Of a DNA stretch of 64,000 nucleotides, positions 34,261-46,012 are shown piece by piece (positions within the stretch are counted from its first letter, which is position 1; each line of letters opens with the position of its first letter). Both the position numbers and the translations under genes were made by a program. The notes below the pieces were generated by a model. The model searched no databases and was not told where the DNA came from. It saw only the letters and a list, made by a program, of their open reading frames with translations. Origin of the DNA: Octopus sinensis (Eukaryota); contig NC_043003.1 of assembly GCF_006345805.1 (NCBI RefSeq), forward strand, positions 69,006,001 to 69,070,000. The letters are read 5' to 3'.

Positions 34261-34429
34261 AAAACAAAAACGAATACAGTTGTGCTCTTAAAAGCTGTAT
34301 GGTTACCCGAGCATAAAGGTTGAGCATTATTTCTAATTCAATGGTACAACAGTGTAACAGTTTGCTTTGACATACATTTACATTGTGATTTCTGCAATGT
34401 AGTGCATAAATTGTCAGGTAAATGAGAGG

Positions 34430-35489
34430 CATCTTTGCCTCCACACAATATGGCCGGGTCTAGGTATCCGGTGATGCTCGAAGGATGCCCCCGCAAGTGT
34501 CACCTGTGCCAGGAGACCGGTCACATTAAGAAAAACTGCCCCAAGGACCAAAATAGGATCCTGGAGCAGTTAATAGAGGAATCATTCCCTGCTCCCTCAA
34601 TGGAGGGTGAGAAGGAGGAGGTTGACGAGGAGGTCTCCACCTCCTCAAAAAAACAAAAGCGAAAGGTGGGCAATGGTTGCCCACCGAAGGACCCGAGGAC
34701 TGCGGGAGAAAAGGAGGACCTGCTGGACACAGCAAAGGAACACCACCCTCCCGCGGCCCAAGGGAAAAACAAAAGAAAAACGGAAAACGGGACATTGCTG
34801 GCGGGTTGTGACACGCTGCCGGCGTGTCCCGATTCTCCTTCGGCGGGTGTGCCGCTGGAGGAGGAATTTTTGGTCCTCTTCCACCAGGGAGGAACTTTGC
34901 AGAATGAAATTAAAAACTTTGAAAGGAAGGGCCGGTGGGAGGGGCTTCTGTCTTGCACGGAGGACCCTGAGTGGCCTTCGTATGTGGCTGCGAAGGTCTT
35001 ATGGGATAATGATCTGTGCAGGATAATGAATTCCTTCTCAGTGGACTCCTATAGATATATGGTCAAGTGGTCCGGCTTGGAACCGAATAGATGCTTCGAT
35101 GAAGCAAGGAGCCTCGTCGGACGGAAAACTTGAAGTATTGGACGTTTGGACTCAAAGAGTCTACAAAATGTAAAAAAAAGTGAGAGGTTTATTGCCTCGT
35201 GTATGTGATTTTTTTCAATGTTGAACTATGTACAAGATTTATAGCCTCATTGTGCTTTAAAAAGAAAAATAAAGAATTCTGAACTATGTAAGAGGTGTAT
35301 TGCCTCATTGTGTTTTTTATAAAAAAAAAGAAAAAAGAACATGTTTTAGAGAAGCTAAAGTCAGCGGGCGCTTTTCGTCTTCTCCCATCCTTATCATCCT
35401 TGCATCCTTATCATTCATCCCATTAATGTCTGTGTCCAGCCCGCAAGCTTCTCTCTGTGTGCTGCCCTTGTGGCAAATTAAATGAAATA
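34430..35489 (+). mobile_element. Second ORF1-only Tx1-type element, 5'-truncated
   Basis: Homologous to 23200-24213; 3' end runs into AAGAAGcctgcttc of SINE A. Confidence 0.75.
34435..35133 (+). CDS. LINE ORF1 C-terminal part with a CX2CX4HX4C zinc knuckle (no start codon, truncated)
   Basis: CHLCQETGHIKKNC, then a K/E/P-rich region; open for 232 codons. Confidence 0.7.
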   Translation: MPPHNMAGSRYPVMLEGCPRKCHLCQETGHIKKNCPKDQNRILEQLIEESFPAPSMEGEKEEVDEEVSTSSKKQKRKVGNGCPPKDPRTAGEKEDLLDTAKEHHPPAAQGKNKRKTENGTLLAGCDTLPACPDSPSAGVPLEEEFLVLFHQGGTLQNEIKNFERKGRWEGLLSCTEDPEWPSYVAAKVLWDNDLCRIMNSFSVDSYRYMVKWSGLEPNRCFDEARSLVGRKT

Positions 35490-35640
35490 AAGAAGCCTGC
35501 TTCTCAACTGCCTTGTGAATGGATCTGGTAGAGTGAAACTAAAAGAAGCCTTTCCTGTATATATGTGTATGTGTATATCTGTCTGCCCCCCACCACCACC
35601 ACCATCACCGCTTGACAACGGGTGTTGATGTGCTTATATA
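35490..35640 (+). mobile_element. SINE family A remnant with internal deletion
   Basis: aagaagcctgcttc..gccttgtgaatggatctggtaga..aaagaagcc..cgcttgacaac. Confidence 0.7.
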
Positions 35641-35964
35641 TATATATATATATATATATGGTGAATATGAGAATGATGATCATGATGATTATGATGATCG
35701 CCCCCATCTTGTCAGGTGACAATCTCACATTCAGAAATGATTGCAACACACTTTTACGTCATTAGATTCAAGTGACAAAAGCTCGTACGACACTTGGGCC
35801 ACACTCTTTGGTCGCCATAGAATGTTCCAGTAACAAGCACTGCAAGACGTCTGAAACTATTTTTACGGCAACGTTTACGTCGGAGTATCATTTCTTTTGA
35901 AGTGCTGCCTTCCCCACCAATTTGTCAAGAATAAAAGGGGGGGCACCTCTACCACTGGGAAATC

Positions 35965-36222
35965 TATTGGGTTGGCGCATAATCATTGCGGATTTTTTAA
36001 AACAAATTTTATTCTACAAAAACAATAACAACGTGTAAGAAAAACATCTTTAAATGATTATTCCGGAGCATATTCACCATCTACTTCAATTACTGCTTTC
36101 CATTTGTTTGGCAGACGCTCAGACCATCATTTAAAGATGTTTTTGTTAAATATTGTTATTGTTTTTGTTTAATAGAATTTGTTTAATAAAAAGCCGCAAT
36201 AATTATGCACCAACGTGAATTA
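35965..36222. mobile_element. Mariner-type MITE
   Basis: TA + ttgggttggcgcataatcattgcggattttt and inverted aaaagccgcaataattatgcaccaac. Confidence 0.7.
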
Positions 36223-36294
36223 TGCTCTCGTGAATTAGAGCGCAATTTCGACTGAAGTGAATGAAATATATATTGTGTTATCAGAAACATTTAC

Positions 36295-36480
36295 TCTTTT
36301 ACTCTTTACTCTTTTACTTGTTTCAGTCATTTTGACTGCGGCCATGCTGGAGCACCGCCTTTAGTCGAGCAAATCGACCCCGGGACTTATTCTTTGTAAG
36401 CCCAGTACTTATTCTATCGGTCTCTTTTGCCGAACCGCTAAGTGACGGGGACGTAAACATACCAGCATCGGTTATCAAGC
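36295..36480 (-). mobile_element. SINE family A, 3' half, close to consensus
   Basis: (actcttt)n tail and gtttcagtcattttgactgcggccatgctggagcaccgcc. Confidence 0.9.
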
Positions 36481-36559
36481 AAACCGTTCACTTCTTTGTT
36501 CACTTCTTGTTCACTTCCTTTACTTCTTGTTCACTTCTTGTTTCACTTCTTTCCAGCGT

Positions 36560-37340
36560 CATTTGAATTAGTACAAAAATACTCTTATCACAACGTTTCA
36601 CGTTTTGTAGTAACTCTATTCTTTCTCTACAATTATTGTGTATTGTTCTTGGTATTTGAATAAATTTGACCTCTTCTCAGATATATGACAATAGAGTGCC
36701 ATGCAGAATTTTTAAAATGACCATACTCGACGCGTGCTTCTTTTTGCTTTCAATCAATGTTTCAAGGCTGCCAAAGTTGCTCGAGACGTTTTTTGTTGGG
36801 TAGAGAGAAGGTTCTATTACCAAAAGAACGCCACTGAAATGGTTTTCACGCTTCAAGGAGGGGAAATTCGATCTCGTAGACGCTCCGAAAGGATATCTTG
36901 AACGAGCTCATCCACAAGAATGCGCACCAATCCACTAGCAAATTGCCCCAGCAGATAGGATACTTTCATAATACCTTCCTTGTCACCTTCACTCAATGGG
37001 TAAGGTGCAAACGATCCCACCAGCGAGACGGCGTGCTTTTTCAACACCACAACGCTTGCCGCCCCATCCCGTTCACTAATACAAGAGATTCGGTTGGCGA
37101 AGTTCTACTGCACCCAACATATTCTCCTTTAGATTGTTACCTTTTCGATCGCTTTTCAACAGCATCACGGAGCTGAGGACGTGCGCGATGTCAAGAATCA
37201 AGACCTTGTAATTTCTTCCAGAAAGTGGAATATTGGCAAGGGGTTGTGAACAAAGAAGGAGAATATGACTGATTTGTTAAAATTGTTGATGAAATTAAAG
37301 ATTAAAATAAATGTAAAAAAAACGAAGGATTGTATCTGAC
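36560..37340 (+). pseudogene. Decayed, internally deleted mariner transposase
   Basis: VLLFAFNQ, KWFSRFKEGKFDL, LFQHHNACRP (HDNARPH-like), EVLLHPTYSP (HPPYSPDL-like), C-terminal VVNKEGEY. Confidence 0.75.
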
Positions 37341-39274
37341 AATACTCCTCGCTAGGTAGGAAACCAGTCGTTCGTAAATACATTTCCGTATTATAAGGTA
37401 CCCAATCCCAAGTTGAGACGATTACATTGTTTATGTTGTTTAACTTTGATAGAGAAGACAGTGCTATGATCAATGTGATTCTAGCCATAAACATTTCGAC
37501 TTCTCTCATTTCTAGAAGTGTTATTTCATCACAGCTAATGTGTGATTTAAGAATGATTTCGCTGCTATTTCTGTCAGAAAGAAACTGAAGAGTCACATAC
37601 AGAAACACAACGAAGAATTTAACTCAGCACAGCAACGTAGCGAAACAGTCGTAAGTTCTAGGGTGTTACTAGTCCTAAGAGCTGCGAAGAAAACCATTTG
37701 TAACACTTAGAGCTTCGTAACTACAAAAGATAAAGGCGACTCACGTTCATAATCATAAACAGAGACAGAAAATTCCATACTCAAAGAAACCTTATTTGTG
37801 CAACAAATAAGCAACATCATAAGTGTACAATATATTACATCAACCATGGATGATGCTAGTTGTTTTGAGAACCCAGTCCTCCACATCAAACCACATCAGA
37901 ATTTAAGAACGTAAGCAGCACACTTCGCATTGTTAGTGATCACATCGACGAGCGGTACTCATAAGGATAAAGATTCTCTGGACATTTGAGAGAAAAAGTT
38001 ATCGCAGTGACATACACCAACGCTCACAGTCTCCCACAATATGAAGACATATTTGCAACACCGCAAGACACTACTTCACCATCATTCTATAAACACTAGG
38101 TCACCTCTTTTACTTATTCTCGAATACAAAACCGAAAAAAATCACCCGTGTCAACAATCAAAGAAGCCCTCCTGGCTGCACATCCCTATAAATAGACTCT
38201 AAGGGAGAGCAACCGAGTCCACCTTCTTTGCGCCAGATCAGGTTACACGTCGGTCATATTGGAGTAGATTGAACTATAAAAACAATGGAGTATGCATTAA
38301 AGCCGGACACATTGTATCCCCAACACAATGCATTCCATAAATTCAAGCGATAAGTAACTACCAACGATAGAGAATTGTGGTATATCTGGAACAAAGGTTT
38401 TGAAGATCTTCCTTGGGTATTCAATGAGCTATCGACGTTCTATAAACCTGTTTGAGTAATACTAACATGGGTTACGACAACATCAAGTATATTGCAAAAA
38501 TTGTAAGGCGAACTCCACCCACATCTCGAATGTTCGTCCGAATTACGTTGGGCGCAGACAGAGCCGTATTGTTAGAAGTTCGTTTCAATCGGACCGCATG
38601 GAAACTTAGGTTAGTGTTTTCTACGGTGTTGTTGAGCCAACCAATTCGTTGTTAGTATTTGGTTGACGCAAATTTTGCGACAGTCCATTGTGTATCTGTG
38701 TGTACATGCGTGTAGTATGTCTATGTGTGTATGCGGTATATTTTTCCATGCATCATATAAAAAAACTGAACATAAAAAAGTAGTTCAAAGAAGCTTTTAT
38801 TCCTGATAGTCTTAATATTTTACATGAAACAGAATTTTTACTCGGTTACCAAACAGTAATAATATATTTGTTAATATAAGGTCTCCGGTGGACAATTAAA
38901 TTTACTGAGTAAAGTCTGCTTGTGAATGAATGGAAAGCATGCCGAACGCAATATTTGTACAGACGAACAAAGAAATCGGTCAACGAAAACGAGAAGCGCT
39001 GTACAACAAAACAAAATGTGTATGCAGAGACAAAAATAGTAAAATTAACGACGAAAAGGTTCTAAGTTCGGTTGTAGTGTCAAAAGGAAGGTAGGTGTAA
39101 ACATAAACAAATGTGTTCGTCAGTGCAAAGACTATACAGAAGAGAAAACTGCTGAATAAGAACTCTTAATAAATGACATGCGAAAAATGCGAGAATACCA
39201 TGTGACCGATGAAGACCCAACCAGCAACAAGACAGCTCTGGTAGAAGTAAAAACAGTTTGCGCAGCTTAATTTA

Positions 39275-39480
39275 TTTTTCTAAATTTGGCAAAAGGCCTG
39301 CAATGTTGAGAGGACGCAGAGGTCGATTACATCGACCCAGTGCTCTACTGGCACTTATTCAATAGACCCCCGAAAGGATGAAACGTAAAGTTGTCCGCGG
39401 CAGCATTTGAACTCAGGATGTAAAACCGTAAGAAGAGTCGCTAAGTGTTTTGTCCAGTATGCTAACGATTCCGCCAGCTC
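39275..39480 (-). mobile_element. SINE family B
   Basis: gtcgattacatcgacccag..gaccccgaaaggatgaa..aacgattccgccagctc. Confidence 0.8.
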
Positions 39481-39629
39481 AGGCCCAGATAGATTGAGAT
39501 GTACTCTGCGCATGTGCGCGAAAGAGATCTGGATGAGGAGCAATGTACAGTGAAGTGACTTGTTCAAGGACACAACGAGCCATCCAGCCGAGGAACTGAA
39601 CCTACTACATTATGAACCGAGCCATAGAG

Positions 39630-40020
39630 CCATGCACGTAGCACTCCGTCGGCTACGACGATGAGGGTTCCAGTTGATCCGATCAGCGGAACAGCCTGCT
39701 CGTGAAATTAACGTGCAAGTGGCTGAGTACTCCACAGACACATATACCCTTAACGTAGTTCTCGAGGAGATTCAGCATGACACAGTGTGACAAGACTGGC
39801 CCCTTTGAAATGCAGGTACAAGAGAATCAAGAAGAAAGAGTAACGGAAAGTTGTGGTGAAAGAGTGCAGCAGGGTTCTCCACCACCCCCTAACGGAGCCT
39901 CGTGGAGCTTTAGGGGTTTTCGCTCAATAAACACTCACAACGCCCGGTCTGGGAATCGCAAACCGAGATCCCACGACCGCGCGAGTCTGCTACCTTAACC
40001 ACTGGGCCATTTCGCCTCCA
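39630..40020 (-). mobile_element. SINE family D, long-tailed variant
   Basis: Head ggaggcgaaatggcccagtggttaagg on the minus strand matches 14420; its 3' half differs from the 14420 copy. Confidence 0.8.
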
Positions 40021-40882
40021 CATAAATGCAACTTAAAACGAAAGGAAAGGAAGGAAGAGAACAGAACAAGATTGTTTAAAACTTTTGTTACAACAATCTG
40101 ACTTTGAAATATTACACATCAGGGAGTTTTCCTACAACATAAGAAGTAATTTATATGCAAAAGGGCGACAAGACTTCCAAAGGAGGGATTGGAGAGGTAA
40201 CCTAATTAAGATAAATGAAAAGAAAGCAAAGCTGCGCATGTCTCACTGTTCTCAATAGCTCATCTGAATCCCTAATAGCTAAATCTATGCATATGTAACT
40301 TGTCTTGATACAAAAGAGTATATGAGTGTATAAGAGGACGGGTGGGTGTTAACGATGTATGGCGTGGGTTTAAACTGATTAATATGTATGGCAAACCATC
40401 GTTACGTAGATGCAATTTCTAAAACTTAATCAACATCGGAATATTTAATAGTTAAATTCACTCATTTGTTCTTCGCCTTTCTTTCACTGTTTCATTCTTT
40501 CAATGAATATATTTCTGAGGAGAGGATGACTAGTCATATGTGCGCATGCTTGCGTGGGTGTGTGTGTGTGTGTGTGTGATTTTGCTCGTTAATAAAACAC
40601 TTACTTCAAAGCTTCCATTCATGTGTGTGTGTGTATACGTGTATGTATATATATATATGTGTGTGTGTGTATGTATGTATATGCATATATGTATATACAG
40701 TTATATATAAATTGACATGTATATATATGTATATAAATATTTATCCAAAAATTAATTTGTATACGTATTACTATTTATATACATGCATATGTATATACAT
40801 ATATATATATGTGTGTGTGTGTGTGTATAGATAAATATATACACATATGTATAGATATAAATATATATATATATATATATAT

Positions 40883-40956
<74 letters not shown>

Positions 40957-41035
40957 CTATACATATGTGTATATTGTGTGTGTGTATAGATAAATATATA
41001 CATATGTATAGATATAATATATATATATATATATA

Positions 41036-41077
<42 letters not shown>

Positions 41078-41637
41078 ATATATACATAAGTATAGATATA
41101 AATATATGTGTGTGTGTAGATAAATATATATACATATGTATAGATATAATATATATACATATGTAGAGATATACACATTTATACATATGCATAGATATAA
41201 ATATACATACATATGTATAGATATAAATCTGTACATTCACATACACATATATGAAAGTGGAACACCAAACTTCAAGATGAATTATTGAACGCATTAATAT
41301 ATTAATGCCGCACTTATATGATTCTTTAAAATAAATTTGGCTCCGATAAACAATTAAAAAAAAAACAGTTTGATTTTCCTCTACACAATGTTTCTTCAAA
41401 GAAATATACATACGTGCAGAGCTTGGATACCTTGTAACGTTTGAATATTTTCTAGATATCTATATTGGAATTGAGTGGTTGTATAATGTCAACATAACGT
41501 GACAGTCCCGTAAGGGAATTACATCACCACTATATAGCCCTAGGAAGCATCGACGCATCCTGTCGGCTTTGACACATTTCCTGTGTCCTTATATTTGCGA
41601 AGGGGAGGCAAGCACCCCCACCAGCTAAGACTAGCAA

Positions 41638-41683
41638 CCTGAAGACATGCATGTTTCTGGGTCTTGCCCGTCATCAGTCCAGG
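41638..41683 (-). ncRNA. Type I hammerhead ribozyme motif
   Basis: Reverse complement of 42150-42195. Confidence 0.8.
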
Positions 41684-42149
41684 GTAGCGAGTCCCGCTAG
41701 TTAAAATCTTTATTATAGGCACAATGGCGATAATGAAAAATCTAACGAGAGTGAAATTGAACCCGAGGATATACGATAACCAAATAAAGGCTGCAATTGT
41801 GGATAAAGAGACGGTAAATAAATTAATGATCTTGTTTTCAAATACAGCTGTGTGCATAGCGCACTACGTTCGACATGACAGTTTGCCCGGCTTTATAGAA
41901 CAGGATGAATGACTCGTTTACATTACTGACGAACACCCCAGATAGTACAACTGTAATTGTAAATGAAACTGCGAGCTTTGGGGGGCTCGTAAGCTATTCC
42001 ATTTAATTCATTATTAATATTTCATTTCATATCATCCTTTCTCTATTTTTATTATTTGTACCCCATGTCCTGTATTGTATTGTTATGCCCCCCTCTTCAT
42101 TCAGGCCATTGTGCCTATAATAAAGATTTCAACTAGTGGGACTCGCTAC

Positions 42150-42195
42150 CCTGGACTGATGACGGGCAAGACCCAGAAACATGCATGTCTTCAGG
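42150..42195 (+). ncRNA. Type I hammerhead ribozyme motif
   Basis: cctgga CTGATGA c-ggg-caaga-ccc-a GAAA catgcatg TC ttcagg. 6-bp stem I, palindromic stem III; 10.1-11.1 is C-A. Confidence 0.8.
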
Positions 42196-42714
42196 TTGTT
42201 AGTCCTAGCTGGTGGGGGTGCTTGCCTTCCCTTCGCAAATATAAGGACACAGGAAATGTGTCAAAGCCAACAGGAAGCGTCGATGCTTCCTAGGGCTATA
42301 TAGCGGTGGTGTAATTCCCTTACGGGACTGTCACGTTATGTTGACATTATACAACCATTCTATCGCCCCACCACCGCTCATGTCTCTTTGAGACATTTAG
42401 AAATTCAATATTTCTAATGTATTGGGATTGTTGTGTATCATAGTATCGGTAGTATCTCTATAATACAAGGTAGTATTAGAGTAAACCAGTAGAAGCCGGA
42501 TAAACTAGTGATAGACTGTATTGGCAAATAGTAAATGATAAATAGTTTACAAAGTAAAATATATTATCTTCTCTCAATGAAGAGGTGACATCTAATATTT
42601 CGCATGAAGAATTATTTCGAGATTGATATAGTAATGTTATATAGTGTTTTATCATGGATGTTTGTCAGTGAAAGGGAAGAATAAATTGATTGTTATATTG
42701 TTCTATATTTAAGA

Positions 42715-42993
42715 GATGAGGAATTATTTACATTATTTACACGAATATTTGACCTCATCTTGTTTGTTGTTAACGCAACGTTTCGGCTGATATACCCTCC
42801 AGCCTTCATCAGGTGTCTTGGGGAAATTTCGAACCTGGGTTCTCATCCCTGAGGTATTTTTGTTGATTTTATTATTATTATTATTATCATCATTATTATT
42901 AACCACTGTGCCATATGCCCGTGGGCATATGGCACAGCGGTTAAGAGCGCGGGCTAGTAACCCCAAAATACCGAGTTCGATTCCAGGCAGTGA

Positions 42994-43030
<37 letters not shown>

Positions 43031-43075
43031 TATAATAATAACATCGAAAAAATACCTTAGGAATGTTAGGAATGT
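42715..43075. mobile_element. SINE family C, two partial copies head to head
   Basis: Plus copy has A-box TGGCACAGCGG, B-box-like gagttcgattcc and (AAT)n; minus copy has 22 nt of head, (AAT)n and a full HHR tail. Confidence 0.8.
42772..42817 (-). ncRNA. Minimal type I HHR motif in the SINE C tail
   Basis: gacac CTGATGA a ggctg-gagggtatat-cagcc GAAA cg TT gcgtt. Extra A after A9, palindromic ACGT stem III, stem I 4 of 5. Confidence 0.65.
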
Positions 43076-43345
43076 TTTTCAGGGATGTTTGGTCTTGTGA
43101 CTGGCACGAACTGATTAGATTTTGGGATCCATCTGTTACTGGACAAGGATTCTGTATTATTTTTCCTGTATTTTTTTTTACTTAATTTTTGAGAGCGGTT
43201 GGGTTCGTTTTTAGTATTCTTGTTTGTGAGAGCAATCAAATTTATTTCAGATATTCTCATTTTAAAAATCATCTTTGGCTAATTGCTGAGAGGACGTTGG
43301 TGTTGCCTTGGCGGAGGTTTGCGCTCTCTGGGTGCTCTTGTTGTT
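43076..43345 (+). mobile_element. HINE/Helentron-type non-autonomous fragment (3' end)
   Basis: ccttggcggagg sub-terminal repeat followed by the gcgctctctgggtgc hairpin and a T-rich end; the 5' partner repeat is missing. Confidence 0.55.
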
Positions 43346-43364
43346 AGATACATTTATAGCCATA

Positions 43365-43570
43365 ATCCTTTCTACCATAGTCACAAGGCTTGGAATTTGT
43401 GGGGAGAGGGATAATCACTCACATCGACCCCAGTGTTTCACTGGTACTTAATTTATTGATCCAAAAAGGGTGAAAGACACAGTTAGTGGAATTTGAACTC
43501 AGAACATAGCGATGGGCGAAATACCGCTAAGGATTTTGCCCGGTATGCTAACGATTTTGCTTGTTCGCTA
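43365..43570 (-). mobile_element. SINE family B
   Basis: acatcgaccccagtg..gaatttgaactcagaac..tgctaacgattttgc. Confidence 0.8.
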
Positions 43571-44479
43571 CCTTTTACATTTATAGCCAAAATGGCATTC
43601 GCAAAGGCTACAACACTGAAAAGTAGTTTCGTTATTGATGGATATAATTCGATAACGATGAAACTGGTAAACTTAAGCGCTGCTTACCGTTTATGTTACT
43701 GTACCATTCTGTAACAGGGCATTGTCACAAAATGGAACAGTGATAATATTTGTTTATCAGCTGGCCTCGTGCCATCAAAATGACGGCCAATTGTAGTATT
43801 TTATAAATAAATATGTATGGTAAATCAAATTAATACACTTGTCAATGTTCACATACATTCACAGACTTCCCTTGTACATGTACTCACATACACACACATA
43901 CTCACAGAGTTGAAACGCTGTTTGATTTTTCTTTTCAGCGTTGGATATTCACCATCCCATCGGTTTGCCATCACACCTTCCTTCCTTATTTATCTATCAC
44001 CCATTCCTTTCTCATTCATATGTCGTGACGGAGAAAAGCACAAAATTATCATTATAGTAGATTGTACGCGCAATCGGATCTAGATCGCATTTGGTAATTA
44101 GCCTTACAACAGATTCTACGGTATTAATAACTTTATATCTGGCTAGCTACGGGAATTATTTAACCTAAATGAGCATCTACTATTCATGTATCTATTATGG
44201 TGTAAGTATTTGGTTACATAAAGGGAAGAAAGAGGAAAGGGGTGGGGAAGGAACTTAGCAGAGAGATAGGCGAAACGTGTTAGGAGATGAGAGGAATACC
44301 GTAGAAGCTATTGAGTGGGATCTGGTAAGAGGGATGCGGAGGGATGTATAATTCTTTCTACTGTCGACACAATGTCTGAAAATTAAAGGGAGGGGATAGT
44401 CGATTACATTAACCCAAGTACGTAACTGGTACTTAGGAGAGATGTATAATGTTATGTAAAGAGGGATGTAGAAGGATGA

Positions 44480-44885
44480 AAAACGTTTTCTACTAAAGGC
44501 ACGAGGCCTGAAATTTGGGAGAGGGGCTAGTCGATTACATCGACCCCAGTGCGCAACTGGTACTTATTCAATCGACCACGAAAAAATGAAAGGCAAAGTC
44601 AAGCCCGGCGGAATTTGAACTCAGAACGTAGCGGTTGACGAAATACCTATTTCTTTACTACCCACAAGGGGCTAAACACAGAGAGGAGACAAACAAGGAC
44701 AGACAAACGGATTAAGTCGATTATATCGACCCCAGTGCGTAACTTGTACTTATTTACTCGACCCCGAAAGGATGAAAGGCAAAGTTGAGCTCGGCGGAAT
44801 TTGAACTCAGAACGTAGCGGCAGACGAAATATCGCTAAGCATTTCGCCCGGTGTACTATTGATTCTGCCAGCTCGCCGCCTTAGG
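44480..44885 (-). mobile_element. Two adjacent SINE B copies with different tails
   Basis: Repeated gtcgatta.atcgaccccagtgcg..gaactcagaacgtagcgg; head gccagctcgccgcctta at the right end. Confidence 0.85.
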
Positions 44886-45827
44886 AGGGACGTAATGTAA
44901 AATAAAGGCACGAAAAGGACTTGTATCAATCGAGGATTGCATTTGAGGGAGAGGACAAAGTAATAAGCAATGAATATAACCAACATTTGTTGACGCATTC
45001 TTTAAGAATAATATACTTGAAACAGTAAAATCAGTTTAAAATTTACGTTAACGAATCCCATTTCCAGCTCAGAACAAAATAATCTAACTGTTGTTTATTT
45101 ATAATTAAATATGTCAGACAAAGCCAGCTAGACATTAATGTAGTTATATAAATATTTAATGATTATTTGTATTAAGAGGTATATGAATTAGAAACTATGA
45201 GAAGAAAAGTTAGTGCAGCTGTCAAAATGTCTCGCTTAAGGTCAAGGAGCAGCCCTCCACGACTCTTTAAAACTATGACATACTTTAGCAAAGTCTAAAG
45301 GCATCATAAAAATTGATATAGCTGAGTTCAATTTATTATTAAATTAAAATAAATATTTCGAAATTTTGCAATAAAAAAAAAACTATGAATGTAAAACGAA
45401 GCAAGAGGAAGAACGAACAGGAAAGACGGTTTTTTTTTATGTTTTTAGAAAGATATCTATCATTTAATTCATAAGACTTCACACTCTTTTGTCCGCTAAT
45501 ATGAAAAACGAACGTTTCGACTGAACGCGATGACAACTTAATTTCTGCCTTTCAACATTTAGGGAGATCAGTTCAAAGTTTTTGCTTTGAGCTAGCTTTG
45601 CATAATAAGTGTACATATCAAACAATATTTATTAAACACACACACACACACACAACACACACACACTCGCGCACAGACACACACACATGCACAGATTCTT
45701 CACCAGTCCACACACCGAACATTAAATAGATTTATTTGCTTCTCCACTTTTTAAGTACCATGTACATGATCTACTCCCCGTGAAAACGATAAAATATGAT
45801 TTCGTTTAGATACAAACCAACACGGAG

Positions 45828-45828
45828 G

Positions 45829-45868
<40 letters not shown>

Positions 45869-45914
45869 TAGAGAGATAGATAGACAGATAGAGAGATAGA
45901 TAGATAGACGGATG

Positions 45915-45969
<55 letters not shown>

Positions 45970-46012
45970 GGATAGATAGATAGATGGATAGACGGATAGA
46001 CGGATAAATATG
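45828..46012. repeat. (GATA)n/(GACA)n tract flanking the Tx1 3' end
   Basis: Read directly. Confidence 0.95.

Larger units (their letters stand above)
41476..42357. mobile_element. Head-to-head inverted pLTR-like pair (253-bp arms, 376-bp spacer)
   Basis: 41476-41728 is the reverse complement of 42105-42357 with about 9 mismatches counted by eye; each arm has an HHR. Confidence 0.8.

Noticed and set aside
36486-36552. Short tandem repeats (gttcacttctt; also 6405-6455 and 17590-17665) considered as CRISPR-like
   Set aside because: No unique spacers and a eukaryotic context; ordinary slippage repeats.
37198-37608. 136-aa minus-strand ORF
   Set aside because: Partly antisense to the mariner 3' end; no recognisable domain.
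37340-39250. Complex non-repetitive stretch; considered an endogenous virus or LINE endonuclease
   Set aside because: All frames are stop-rich and I found no diagnostic motif; needs BLASTX.
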